The position numbers and the translations under genes were made by a program. Shown here piece by piece: positions 31,538 to 42,263 of a stretch of 64,000 nucleotides of DNA. How positions within the stretch are numbered: the first letter of the stretch is position 1; each line of letters begins with the position of its first letter. This DNA comes from Candidatus Marinacidobacterales bacterium (GTDB lineage Bacteria > Acidobacteriota > Vicinamibacteria > Marinacidobacterales > DATDRI01), in assembly GCA_965219415.1 (NCBI GenBank), contig CBDCNP010000001.1, positions 160,001 through 224,000 of the forward strand. The letters run 5' to 3'. The notes under the pieces were generated by a model that did no database searches, was not told the DNA's origin, and saw nothing but the letters and a program-made list of their open reading frames with translations.

Positions 31538-33373
31538 ATGGGTGTACAAGACTCCGGAAATCTGAATCAGAGAGCATTCCTGGCGCTGCTCGTTGAGCTC
31601 CACCAGAAGAGCGCTACGGGTTCGCTCAAGCTCGAGCGGGCCCCGCTTCAAAAGGCTGTCTATCTCCGCGACGGCCAGATCCTCTTCGCCGCCTCGAACG
31701 ATCCGCAGGATCAGCTGGCATCCATCCTGGTCGATGAGGGGAAGCTCTCCAAAGATCAAATGCAGGTGGCACAAGCCCGTGTATCGGCCGGAAACCCCCT
31801 AGCCAAGGTTCTTACCGAGCTTGGTTACATCTCGCAAAGAGAGCTGGCGGACGCAGCACGACTCAAGGTCGAGAAGATCCTCACCGATCTCTACGGGTGG
31901 AAGGAGGGGACCTTCCAGTTCGTGGAACGATCGCTGCCCAAGGGTGCGATCGATTTGGAGCTATCCACGCCGCGCTTGATCTTCAACAGTGTGCAACGCA
32001 TCGAGGACCGAGAGTGGATCTTGGAACAACTGGGCTCCCTGGATTCGGTTCTCTCTGCGACCCCTTTGCTGGAAGGCTTTCTCGCCAAAGCGTCGCCCGA
32101 TCCGAGTGCTGGCGACGTACTGCGCTTGGTCGATGGTGTACAGTCCATCAAGCAGATCGGGGCGCTCTCCACTTTGGGCGAATTCGAGGTCTGCAAGATC
32201 TTAACTGCTGCCCTACTGACCGGAGCGCTAGAAAAGTCTTCGGCAGGTACCCCCTTCGCCAAGGAACCGGCTTCCCCAGCCGCACCGCCACCCAGCGAAG
32301 CCAGTTTCCCTTTTCCAGCGGACGCAGGAGAAACAACCGCTCTCAATATCGGAGGAGGCGAATCGAATTCCGCAGAGGCCGGGTACACCGACCCGCCGGC
32401 GGTTCCGTTAGCGGAGATCGAGCGGGCATCGGCCCCTCCAGCTAGCCAACCGTCCGGAAATTTCGTCTTCGACGAACCGCCGAGCACCGATTCGCCTGAG
32501 CAAAAGAGAATGCCCCCGCGTCCTCGAAAGATGAACCGCGGCGGCGGACTAAAGAAAGCACTCACGGCTGCGGCCGCTCTCTTGGCGATCGGAGGAGTTG
32601 CCGGAGCCGCGTACTACTTCTTCTGGGGGCAGGAAGAATCGTCGGCCGGAACCAATGGGTCTCCGCCGGTTACCACACAGGCGGGCCAAACTCCGAAGCC
32701 ACCCCCGACGGCCACCAAGAAGCCACCGACTTCCACAACGGCTCCGCCGACGACAACGCCTCCTCCATCGGGTCCGACTCCGACGAGCCCATCGACGACC
32801 AGACCGCCGAGGCCGACGACCGGGCCGCCGCCCACCGCGACTCCTTCTCAGCCCACACAAAAACGGCCTGCAGGGAACAAGACGAAGACTCCGCCGAAGA
32901 CCGCTTCGTCGACCAAGACGCCTTCCCCGCCTCCGAGGACCAGGACGACCACCACCACCGCTCCACCGCGGACATCACCGTCTTCGAACCCGAAACCAAC
33001 GTCCACTGGTAGCCGGCCGGGCACCTCTTCCGGACAATCCTTGGCCCAAGGACAACAACAGCTCAAGAGCGGCAACTACCCTCAGGCGGCAGCCACGTTT
33101 CTTGGCCACCTTCGAAAAGTGGGTCCTGACAAGTTCACGATTGCGGTGGGTGTTTTCTGCGACGCGAGTAATGTAAACCGCGTCGTCCAGAACTCAGGGG
33201 GATCCGAGCAGCTACTCGTTCTTTCCTTCGACAACAAGGGGCGCTCGTGCTACCGAGTATTCTGGGGAATCTTCAACTCGAGGGCGGAAGCGCAGCGGGC
33301 GATCGCATCGGTCCCCGCCAGCGTACGAGCGCGTGACTCGGCACCGGTCGCTATAGCCCGCCTCATTTCCTAA
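31538..33373 (+). CDS. DUF4388 (PatA-N-like) protein with TM, Pro/Thr linker and SPOR-like C-terminus
   Basis: ATGSLKL...GQILFAASN, LYGWKEGTFQF; TM near aa 345-365; CYRVFWGIFNSRAEAQRA. Confidence 0.8.
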   Translation: MGVQDSGNLNQRAFLALLVELHQKSATGSLKLERAPLQKAVYLRDGQILFAASNDPQDQLASILVDEGKLSKDQMQVAQARVSAGNPLAKVLTELGYISQRELADAARLKVEKILTDLYGWKEGTFQFVERSLPKGAIDLELSTPRLIFNSVQRIEDREWILEQLGSLDSVLSATPLLEGFLAKASPDPSAGDVLRLVDGVQSIKQIGALSTLGEFEVCKILTAALLTGALEKSSAGTPFAKEPASPAAPPPSEASFPFPADAGETTALNIGGGESNSAEAGYTDPPAVPLAEIERASAPPASQPSGNFVFDEPPSTDSPEQKRMPPRPRKMNRGGGLKKALTAAAALLAIGGVAGAAYYFFWGQEESSAGTNGSPPVTTQAGQTPKPPPTATKKPPTSTTAPPTTTPPPSGPTPTSPSTTRPPRPTTGPPPTATPSQPTQKRPAGNKTKTPPKTASSTKTPSPPPRTRTTTTTAPPRTSPSSNPKPTSTGSRPGTSSGQSLAQGQQQLKSGNYPQAAATFLGHLRKVGPDKFTIAVGVFCDASNVNRVVQNSGGSEQLLVLSFDNKGRSCYRVFWGIFNSRAEAQRAIASVPASVRARDSAPVAIARLIS

Positions 33374-33386
33374 CTCAGCTCTCGGT

Positions 33387-34761
33387 ATGGTGCCGGCTCT
33401 TTTCTCCCGACGCACCCTTCGCCGCTTTCGCGAATTGAAACTCGCGCCGCCGACGGCCCTCCTCCTCCTCGTCGTCCTCCTCGCCACTCCCCTTGGCGCG
33501 GAGATGCTCTATTTGACGAACGGCCGGCAAATCCAAGTGGAGCGTTATTGGGAAGAAGGCAACCAGGTCTTCTACGAGAGAAACGGCAGCATCTTCGGGT
33601 TTCCTAGTTCGCTCCTCGAGCGAGTGGGGCACGGCGAGGGACGCGCCGCCACCAAGAAGAAGTCAGAATCGGCGAAAGACGCCGTCGAGCCCGGATTTCG
33701 GAACCAGCCCTACGCGAAAGCCGTCGAGCAAGCACGGGCTTCAGCCGACGAAGGCGATCTCGACAAAGCCTCACACTACTACCGTCAAGCCTTACACGCC
33801 GCTCCCGAATCGGTGGTCGCCCGTGTCGAGCTTGGGGAGCTCTACCTGGAACGCGGCGGTCTGTCGGCGGCGCAGATCCAGCTGGAGCTAGCCCAAACGT
33901 AGTGCCCCAGAAGACGCGACCATTCGAGAGCTCTTGGGGGACGCCTACTACCGGCGAGGTCGCACCGCGCTCGCAATCCGAGAGTGGCAAAAGGCACTCG
34001 AGCTCGACCCGGGAGCGAGCATTCTGGACAAGCTGAAACAGGCCCTGCGGGAGAACGACCAGGACATCGACTTCGACGAGATGCGCCGGCCCCACTTCCT
34101 CATCCGCTATGACGGCGCGGTGAACCAATCCATCCGGCGAGAAGTGGCGATGGCTCTCAAGTCGGAATACGAGGAGCTAGCTCAGGAATTTCGCTTCACT
34201 CCCCAAGCTCCGGTGAAAATAACTCTTTACACGAACCGTGAGTTCAGCGAAGTCACCCACGCACCGTCCTGGGTCTCCGCTCTCAATGATGGCGAGATAC
34301 GGATCCCCGTTGAAGGGCTCGACGAATTGAACCCCAAGGTGATTCGGCTGTTGCGACACGAGCTGACCCACACCTTCATCAATGCGCGCACCGGAAACAA
34401 CTGCCCGACCTGGTTTCACGAGGGTTACGCCCAGTTGCGAGCGAACCAAATGCCGGACGGGATGTACGAGTCTCTCAAGGTGGCGAAGGAGTCGGGAGCG
34501 CTGCTGCCGCTTTGGAGCTTGGAGGGCCCGCTCCTCAGTTACTCAACGGAACAGGCGAGATTGGCCTACTATCAATCGCTTGCCGCAACGGAGTACCTCG
34601 TGAAGCGGAAGGGGAAAAATTCGTTGACCCGGATCATGGATCTGTTGGCGCGGCGCTACACCATGAACGATGCGTTGAACAAAGTCATTGGCCTCGACTA
34701 TCAAGAGCTTCAGACCGCCTGGGAAGCGGACCTCGGCCGTTACCGTCCGGGGATGCAGTAG
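33387..34761 (+). CDS. TPR protein with peptidase MA-like (HExxH) domain, frameshifted near 33900
   Basis: TPR repeats, LRHELTHTF, PTWFHEGYAQ. Confidence 0.82.
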
Positions 34762-34861
34762 GGGTCGGGTTCTGTTTCGCGTAGCGACGCCGGGTGCAAG
34801 ACGGTGCGGACCTGATGCTGTGGAGAACTTCCGCCGAGGGCTTGGCAAGGAGGTCGAGAAA

Positions 34862-35317
34862 ATGCAGAAGTGGTTGAAGTTTTGTAGCGCAGCGGTTGTT
34901 GCGCTATCGCTAGCGGGAACCGGCTTCTTTTCTGTCCATGTCCTGGCCCAGTCGATGGGCAAGGACGCGACCTACGTCAGCCCTACCGGTGGAACCAAGC
35001 TTCGAATCCTCCTCGACGACAGCAACCTAGGCGGCTCCGAAGTCGAGGTGGCGGAGATCGAGTTTCCTCCGGGAGTCGACTCCGGCGCTCACGTGCATGG
35101 GGCAGTGGAAATCTTCTATGTCATCGAAGGCGAGCTCGAGCACATCGTCAATGGAAAGAAATACGTGCTCGGACCGGGCATGATCGATCACGTCCGTCCG
35201 CCCGACGAAGTGATCCACCGCGTCAAAGCGGACGGTCCTCCTTGTAAAGCATTGGTCATCTGGGCTCCCGGCGGCGAAGGGACCCGTATCGCCGAACAGT
35301 GGGAGGCCGAGAACTGA
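34862..35317 (+). CDS. Secreted cupin-domain protein
   Basis: RBS AAGGAGG, signal peptide, HVHGAVEIFYVIEGE...H. Confidence 0.88.
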   Translation: MQKWLKFCSAAVVALSLAGTGFFSVHVLAQSMGKDATYVSPTGGTKLRILLDDSNLGGSEVEVAEIEFPPGVDSGAHVHGAVEIFYVIEGELEHIVNGKKYVLGPGMIDHVRPPDEVIHRVKADGPPCKALVIWAPGGEGTRIAEQWEAEN

Positions 35318-35365
35318 GAGCGATTGATGCTCCATGGAATCTTGTCCGGGCGAGGTTCGGATGTA

Positions 35366-36694
35366 CTACCGTCCCCCCGATTCACTAGGCGTCGGGGTCC
35401 GCACTCGGCGGGCCGCGCGGTGGGTGGCGCTCGATGGCGCCATTCTTTCCGCCAGCTCTTTTATTCTCTCGAGGTACGCGTCCATGTACTCGGCCGCGAT
35501 CGGTGGGCCCGGAGGGAAGATCTGCTTGAGCGGATTCACTGGCTTCCCGTGACGAATGAGCCGGAAATCCAAGTGAGCACCGGTCGCCAAGCCGGTGGAT
35601 CCCACGTAGCCGATCACTTCTTTCTGGCCCACGCGCTTGCCGGTCCGTAGCCCCTTGGCGAAGTGAGACAGGTGTAGGTACTTGGACTGGTAACCCATCG
35701 CATGGCGGAGGGTCACCATGCGGCCCGAACCTCCTTTGGTGGAGATACCGGTCACGGTGCCGGCGGCGACCGAATGCACCGGCGTCCCCCGCGGAGCCGC
35801 ATAATCCACACCGAGATGCGGCATGCGGCGTCGATGCACCGGATGAAGCCGACTATAAGAAAACCGCGAGCTGATTCGCTGAAACTTGAGCGGTGCTCTG
35901 AGGAAAGCCTTACGCATCGACTTACCGTTAGGGTCGAAGTAACCCTTCTTCTTGCCTTCCGGATCCACGAAGAGAAAGGCGGAGAGATCGGTCGCCCCGG
36001 AAACGTAACGGGCCGCCAGAAGGTCACCGTAGCCGGCAAATCGGTCGTCGCGGTATAGCTTCTCTACGAGAAGTTCAAACCGATCCCCAGGCCGACTCTG
36101 GGTGTAAAAATCGAAGTCCCAAGCGAAGACTTCGGCGAAGGCGACAACCAAGGGCGCCGACTCTCCTAACGACCCCAGGCTTGCGAAGAGACTTCCTTGC
36201 ACCGAACCCTGGTGCGATACCTCTCGATGCTCGATGACGATGGTGAGTTGGTCACCCACCCAACCACCGTTCTCCGGGCGAACCTCATAAGTCTCGAGGG
36301 CTCCGCGATGAATCCAAATCGCTTCCACATCTGCGGCGCCGGTGTATCGGATCTCGACTTCGTCCCCGGGACGCAAGTGCCGGAGATTGACATGAGGCGT
36401 TAGGGCCTCCGCCATTTGGTGTACCTCGAGCGGAGCGAACCCGTTGCGCTGGAGAAGCGTGGCCAGCGTTTCCCCGCGACGCACACGATCGGGTACGACC
36501 ACCCACGGGTCACGTTCGGTAGACGGGAGGAAGCTGACTTCCGCTAGCTGGGGCGCTTGGAAAGTCGGCAGGTCGACAGGCGAGAAACGCTCCCACGCCG
36601 CCAAACCGACGACGCTCATCCCGTAGAGGCCAACCGCGGCCAACAAGAAGCGTCGCAGTAGGCGAAGTTTCCTACTCGGGCGTGACTTCTTCAC
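35366..36694 (-). CDS. M23 metallopeptidase (MepM/Csd3-like)
   Basis: HLGVDYAAPRGTP, YLHLS, GSTGLATGAHLDFR. Confidence 0.93.
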   Translation of the reverse strand: MKKSRPSRKLRLLRRFLLAAVGLYGMSVVGLAAWERFSPVDLPTFQAPQLAEVSFLPSTERDPWVVVPDRVRRGETLATLLQRNGFAPLEVHQMAEALTPHVNLRHLRPGDEVEIRYTGAADVEAIWIHRGALETYEVRPENGGWVGDQLTIVIEHREVSHQGSVQGSLFASLGSLGESAPLVVAFAEVFAWDFDFYTQSRPGDRFELLVEKLYRDDRFAGYGDLLAARYVSGATDLSAFLFVDPEGKKKGYFDPNGKSMRKAFLRAPLKFQRISSRFSYSRLHPVHRRRMPHLGVDYAAPRGTPVHSVAAGTVTGISTKGGSGRMVTLRHAMGYQSKYLHLSHFAKGLRTGKRVGQKEVIGYVGSTGLATGAHLDFRLIRHGKPVNPLKQIFPPGPPIAAEYMDAYLERIKELAERMAPSSATHRAARRVRTPTPSESGGR

Positions 36695-37638
36695 GCTTGC
36701 GCTCCCGGAGCGACTCCGTAAAAGGCCAGGCTCTTCTCGAGACCTTGAGAGAGAGAAAAGCGCGGCTTGTAATCGAGCTCCTCGGCAAGACGTGAGATAT
36801 CGGCTTGCGAGTGGCGAACGTCACCGGCGCGGGGAGACTCGTAAACGGGTTTCGCCTTGTTCCCCACCAGTGTCGCCATCGTCTTCCAAAGATCGTTCAA
36901 GGAGATGCGATCCCCGCACCCGACGTTGTATATCCGACCCCCGGCGCGCGGTGAGTGGCAAGCGGCCAGGTTCACGTCCGCCACGTTGTCGACGTAAGTG
37001 AAGTCGCGGGTCTGTTCACCGTCGCCATAGATAGTGGGTGGCTTGCCCGATACGATGGAGTCGATGAAGCGACTGATGACGCCCGAGTACGCGGAGCTGG
37101 GATCTTGGCGCGGACCGAAGACGTTGAAGTATCGCAAGGCGACCGTTTCCAGACCGTACAATCGGTGAAACACCATGCAGTACTGTTCCCCAGTCAGCTT
37201 CGAGACCGCGTAGGGCGAGAGTGGCTCGGGCCGAACGCTTTCTTTTTTGGGAAGCTCCTCGCTGGCTCCGTATACCGAAGAAGAAGACGCATAGACGACA
37301 CGGCGGACCTTGGCTCGACTGGCGGCGTGAAGCAGCATCAACGTTCCGGTGGCATTGGCGGCATGGGACTCGAGCGGTCGCTCCACAGAACGAGGAACCG
37401 ACGGGATCGCCGCTTCATGGAAGACGAAGTCGACACCGGTGACGGCCTTTTGGACGTCCTCCGAGTCGCAAAGATCCCCCCGCTGGAGCTCGATCTGGCC
37501 TTTTACCTCCTCGAGGTTCGCCTCTCTACCGGTTGCGAAGTTATCCAGAACGCGAACTTTCTCCCCGTCCTCGAGCAATCGGCGCACTAGGCTCGAGCCA
37601 ATGAAGCCTGCACCACCGGTCACCAGAAAGAGCCCCAC
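36691..37638 (-). CDS. NAD-dependent UDP-sugar 4-epimerase (extended SDR)
   Basis: TGGAGFIGS, YAVSK, LRYFNVFGPRQDP, GDGEQTRDFTYV. Confidence 0.95.
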   Translation of the reverse strand: MGLFLVTGGAGFIGSSLVRRLLEDGEKVRVLDNFATGREANLEEVKGQIELQRGDLCDSEDVQKAVTGVDFVFHEAAIPSVPRSVERPLESHAANATGTLMLLHAASRAKVRRVVYASSSSVYGASEELPKKESVRPEPLSPYAVSKLTGEQYCMVFHRLYGLETVALRYFNVFGPRQDPSSAYSGVISRFIDSIVSGKPPTIYGDGEQTRDFTYVDNVADVNLAACHSPRAGGRIYNVGCGDRISLNDLWKTMATLVGNKAKPVYESPRAGDVRHSQADISRLAEELDYKPRFSLSQGLEKSLAFYGVAPGAQA

Positions 37639-37820
37639 TCGCCTCCTCGAAAACGCATCGCTAAGTCAAAATTGACCGACCAACAGTGTAGGGGAGCTGC
37701 ATGTGCCTCGTCAACCGTAACTTACGCCGTTGGGCCTGGGGCAGTCCGTTTCGGATACGCTCAGCCTATGTTAAGATAAGTGTTGGGAAATACCTTCGCC
37801 GAAGAACCCAGGAGCTATTT

Positions 37821-39446
37821 GTGCAGGGAGACCTTAGCCAGGATACCCTCGCTGGGGTAATCCGCGGCCTGTACCTCGACCGCAAGAGCGGCATCTTGCA
37901 CCTCGAGCGGGAGGGGATCGAGAAGCGGATTTACTTCAAGAAGGGGTCCATGATCTTCGCTAACTCGGACGTCAATGACGACCGAATCGGCGAGTTCCTG
38001 ATCCGCAACAACGCCATCGATCGTGCTGCCTTCGAGATGGCGGTCAAGGTCGCCAAAGATACCCGGAAGCATTTCGGTAAGACTATCGTCGAGATGGGTC
38101 ACATGTCCGCCGAAGAGATGGAGACCCAAGTTACCGGGCAAATCGAAGCCATCATTTACTCCTTGTTTCTGTGGGAGTCGGGAGACTGGAAACTAGAGCC
38201 ACACGAAGATCCGGTCGATGCGGATATCGTGCTGAACCTCTCCACCGCGGACATCATCCTGGAAGGCATCCGTCGGATGACTGACTTCGAGGCGATCGGC
38301 GGACGCGCAAGGCATGCTGCGACACTCCGAAAATCCTCTTCTGCTTTACCAAAAGATCAGCTTGACGCCTTCGGAAGGATTTGTGCTGTCACGTGTGGAC
38401 GGCGTATCCACGGTTGCCGATATCGCGGCTATTTCACCATTGGGCGAGGAAGAAACACTTCGTTGTGTCTACGGGTTGGTTTCCGCCGGAGTTCTCGACG
38501 TCGTGGGCAGTAGCGCACAGCCAGCCGCGGCGCCGGCAGCAGAGGACAAGGTCGACATCCCGGCGCCCGAGGCCGAGACCTTGGAACGCAAAGAGGATAA
38601 GTCGGTTGCTCCACCGACACCATCGGGACCCACGCCCGAAGAGCAAGAGATCCGAGACGACATCATGGCCCGGCGCGCTTCTCTAGAGACTGCAAACCTC
38701 TACGATCTCCTAGGACCAACCTCAACGCGGGTGGCCCCGAAATCAAAAAAGCCTATTACAAGATGGCGAAGAAATACCATCCGGATCGCCATCACTCGCC
38801 ACATCTTCACGACGTGCACGGCCAGCTGGAGGAGCTCTTCGTGAAGATCACCAAGGCGTATCAGAAACTCTCCGACCCCTTGGCTCGTCGACGCTATGAC
38901 GCTTCTCTGCGGACCGAGGCTCCCCCGGGCGGTGCCGGCGTTGGGGCGCCGGGAACACCGTTACGCGACGGCGGAACGCCGTCCATGCCGGAGGGGCCGA
39001 CTCATCAAGAAAAAATGGCAGCTATGCAATTCCAGGAGGGCAGACGACACTACGTGGAGTTGCATTTCTTTGATGCCATCCAATGTTTACGCGAGGCGGT
39101 TCGACTCGCTCCGCACAAGGGTCCGTACCACAAGCTACTCGCGCAGGCCTTGATCAAGAATCCTCATTGGCGGAAGGAAGCCGAGGAGCATTTCCACGAG
39201 GCGCTCAAAACGAGTCAGTTCGATCCGGAGTGTTTCGTCGGACTGGGTGAGATCTACGAAGGCGAAGACATGACCAGCCGCGCCTTGAAGATGTACCAAC
39301 AGGCGCTCAACTACGATCCCAGCAACGAGTTCGCGCAGGAAAAACTCGATGCACATAAACCCAAGAGCGCCATGGAGGGACTCAAAGGCATGCTCCGTCG
39401 AAAGAAGGACAAAGGAGAAAAAGAGGAAAAGGTTTCGGAAGAATAA
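37821..39446 (+). CDS. DUF4388 + J-domain + TPR protein, two frameshifts (~38300, ~38720)
   Basis: KSGILHL..KRIYFKKG; IKKAYYKMAKKYHPDR (HPD motif); TPRs. Confidence 0.85.
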
Positions 39447-39449
39447 CGT

Positions 39450-40853
39450 TCACTTTACGCCTCTTTGCTCTAGTTTACTCGCCTCCCTTTTGATCTCCAG
39501 GTTGAGCTCCAGAACATCCCGCCGGATCTTGTCCACGTCCACGGTTCCTATTACGCGATTTTCCATAATGATGCGTCCGTGAATAACGGTGGTCGTCACG
39601 TTGGCGGCCGACGCCGCGTAAACCAGCGCTGAGTAGACGTCGTACATCGGGATCATGTTGACCGCATCCTTGTCGACGATGATGATGTCGGCGAACTTGC
39701 CGACCTCCAGGGAACCGATCCGGTCTCCCATGTCGAGGGCCTTCGCCCCCCCGATGGTCGCCATTTCGATGACGTCGACCGGCGGCATGACGGTACGGTC
39801 CTGGTTGACCAGCTTGTGTATCTTGGCCACGTAGCCCAACTGGGTAACCATATCGAGCGTGTTGCCGCTCATCGCACCGTCGGTGCCCAAACCGACGTCG
39901 ACTCCCCGTGCGAGCATGGTCAGAACCGGCGCCACGCCTTTCCCCGCCTTGATGTTAGAGACCATATTGTGACTGACGCCGACTCCGCGGCGTTTCAGTA
40001 AGTCGATATCCGACTCGGTGACGAGGATACAGTGGGCGGCCACCAGGCGAGAACTCAGCAGACCCACCGAGTCCAGATACTCCACGGGCGTCTTGCCGAA
40101 ATCGCGGCGGATTTGCTCGATCTCGGCCTTCGTTTCCGAGAGGTGGGTCAGGACCGGCACGTCGAGCTTTTCCGCCCATTCCGCGATCAACGCGAGTTGC
40201 TCCTTCTCAATGGAGTAAGGCGCGTGCGGGGCCAACGCGGGGGTGATGAGCTCGTTCCCTTTGTACTCTTCGATGAATTTGATAGCGTACTCGAGCCCGC
40301 CGTAAGGCTCCTTCGCGTCGGGGGCGGGGTACTTGATCACCGTCTCGCCGGCGATGGCACGCATGCCGACTTCGACCGCGGCGCGCGCTACCTGATCTTC
40401 GAAGTAATACATGTCGGTGAACGTCGTCACCCCGCCTTGCACCATCTCTACCGCGGCGAGGAGAGTCCCGCTATAGACGTTTTCGGGATCGACGACCGTT
40501 CTCTCGAGCGGAAAGATGAAACGCTCAAGGCGATCGGGTACGTCGTCGGCCAATCCGCGGAAGATGGTCATGGGGGCGTGGCTGTGGGTGTTCACCATGC
40601 CGGGCATCACGATGTCCCCGCCGGCGTCGATGACCTTGCCGGCGGTGTAGGTGGCGGCGAGCTCCGCCCCGCCCACCGCGATGATCTTGGAGCCGCGGAT
40701 GACGAGCGTGCCTCGAGGGATCACCGCCTTCTCCTCGTTCATGGTGACGAGGTGGGCGTTCTTTACCAGAATGTCGGCCGATCGTTGTGACTGAGCGGCC
40801 ACGAATTGTGGTGTAGAGACGGCCAGGGTCAGAACCCAACAAAGAATTCTCAA
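39450..40853 (-). CDS. Amidohydrolase, MTA/SAH-deaminase-like, with signal peptide
   Basis: PGMVNTHSH, APHAPY, THLSET, GLGTDG; RBS GAGGAGG. Confidence 0.9.
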   Translation of the reverse strand: MRILCWVLTLAVSTPQFVAAQSQRSADILVKNAHLVTMNEEKAVIPRGTLVIRGSKIIAVGGAELAATYTAGKVIDAGGDIVMPGMVNTHSHAPMTIFRGLADDVPDRLERFIFPLERTVVDPENVYSGTLLAAVEMVQGGVTTFTDMYYFEDQVARAAVEVGMRAIAGETVIKYPAPDAKEPYGGLEYAIKFIEEYKGNELITPALAPHAPYSIEKEQLALIAEWAEKLDVPVLTHLSETKAEIEQIRRDFGKTPVEYLDSVGLLSSRLVAAHCILVTESDIDLLKRRGVGVSHNMVSNIKAGKGVAPVLTMLARGVDVGLGTDGAMSGNTLDMVTQLGYVAKIHKLVNQDRTVMPPVDVIEMATIGGAKALDMGDRIGSLEVGKFADIIIVDKDAVNMIPMYDVYSALVYAASAANVTTTVIHGRIIMENRVIGTVDVDKIRRDVLELNLEIKREASKLEQRGVK

Positions 40854-40956
40854 GAGTCCTCCTCAGACGAGCGAGGTAGCGACCTTACGGGGAGGGAAGT
40901 TAGCATATTGGGGCCCACCAGCGATAAAATACTAGAGAGCGCGCCGGAGGCGAAAT

Positions 40957-41481
40957 ATGAGAAATATACCCTCTTGCTCGAAACCGGCTTCTCAGACCGC
41001 CCTCGCGCTACTGGCGTTCGTGGCCTGGGTCGCCTGCAATACCTCCAATGAAGATAGTCCTTTAGCACCGAGTGAGCCCGTTCCTACTCAGGTCGAGCCC
41101 ACCAAATCCGAAGGCGAAACTCAAATCTCGTTCGTCTCCGCGGACCCGCCCCCCGGATCCACCATCGCAGGATGCGGTCCTCAGATCGGCGGTTGCACCG
41201 GGAGAATCGGTATGAGGTTCCGGCTCGTTGGGAGCGCCGATGGGCACGTCCAATCGTTTGACGTCTACCTTCACAGCACCGGGCTGACGGCGTGTCTCAT
41301 GGCGACCGTTCCCTCGTTCGAAATTGCAGCGGAACAACCTACTGATGTCGACGTGCGATTCGACGACTCTGATGACTGCCCAACGCCGACGAACGTCGAC
41401 AACATGTCTGCCGTGCTCAGCGGCGGCGTCGAGCTCGGTTCCCGACAGGAGTGGGCTCTCAATTATATGTTCAACCCCTAG
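40957..41481 (+). CDS. Hypothetical lipoprotein
   Basis: Lipobox-like WVAC after a hydrophobic stretch; RBS GGAGG; four further Cys. Confidence 0.65.
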   Translation: MRNIPSCSKPASQTALALLAFVAWVACNTSNEDSPLAPSEPVPTQVEPTKSEGETQISFVSADPPPGSTIAGCGPQIGGCTGRIGMRFRLVGSADGHVQSFDVYLHSTGLTACLMATVPSFEIAAEQPTDVDVRFDDSDDCPTPTNVDNMSAVLSGGVELGSRQEWALNYMFNP

Positions 41482-41960
41482 CCGGCTGCCGGCTCTCCCG
41501 AGCCTGGTAGCGCTCGATCGCAGTCCGCCAGGACTCGATGTAGTCCTGATAGTGGGTCTCGGTGAAAACCGCTAGGTACTTGTTGCCCGCTTCCGACAGA
41601 GCCGTAAACGTGTAGGTCGCGCGCAACCGGGTCGTCCCCTCGGCTGCCTCTTCGCACTGGACCTCTACGATCGCGACGCGGGAGCCCGGCGTCACTCTCG
41701 CATACTTGGCCCGAAACTCTAGCGGGCTCGCATTCCATGACCGCCCAAATCGTGTCCGGCTCGCCATCCTGACTCGTCGTGAAGATACCGCCCTCGGCGA
41801 GCTCACCGGAACGAGGGTGGTGGAAAGTGGGATCCCAGCCCGGGACCCAGTCCGTTTCCCCCAAGGGGGTAAACAAAGGAAAGATCTCTTCGCGCGAGCC
41901 GCGGAGCTCGATGGTGTGAGACCTCTCGATATGGTCTGCAACGAAAAGTGTTTGGGGCAT
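41471..41960 (-). CDS. SRPBCC-like hypothetical protein, frameshifted near 41715
   Basis: IFPLFTPLGETDWVPGW...; ATYTFTALSEAGN. Confidence 0.75.
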
Positions 41961-41964
41961 CTGA

Positions 41965-42249
41965 CTATTCTCCTCTATTACTCCGGCCTTCCCGGAGCCG
42001 GTGGCTTGCCGTGGCACCGTAGTCCATTCCATAGACCGTCTTCAGCTGGCGGACTCGCTTGAGGGTCTCCTTGCCGAAAGGCGGCTTTCTCTCGAAGGCG
42101 TGCAAGACGACCCCCTCGAGAAGGTCTCCCAGCGACAAGTCGAGGTACTCGGCCAGTGCCTTGAGCACTTTGAGCATTCTCTTTTCCATCCGCACGCCGG
42201 TCTGAACCCGCTCTACTTCTAGTGAGTCCCCTTTTTTCGTTGCCGGCAT
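41965..42249 (-). CDS. Small ribbon-helix-helix-like DNA-binding protein
   Basis: RVQTGVRMEKRMLKVLKALAEYLDLSLGDLLEGVVLHAF strand-helix-helix pattern; RBS GAGG. Confidence 0.75.
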   Translation of the reverse strand: MPATKKGDSLEVERVQTGVRMEKRMLKVLKALAEYLDLSLGDLLEGVVLHAFERKPPFGKETLKRVRQLKTVYGMDYGATASHRLREGRSNRGE

Positions 42250-42263
42250 TTCGCACCTCGCTG

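Noticed and set aside
32640-33030. Repetitive CCG/ACG tract (also the GGC tract at 6170-6270) as a repeat array or CRISPR
   Set aside because: These are low-complexity coding sequence for a Pro/Thr linker and a Gly-rich tail; there are no fixed repeats with spacers.
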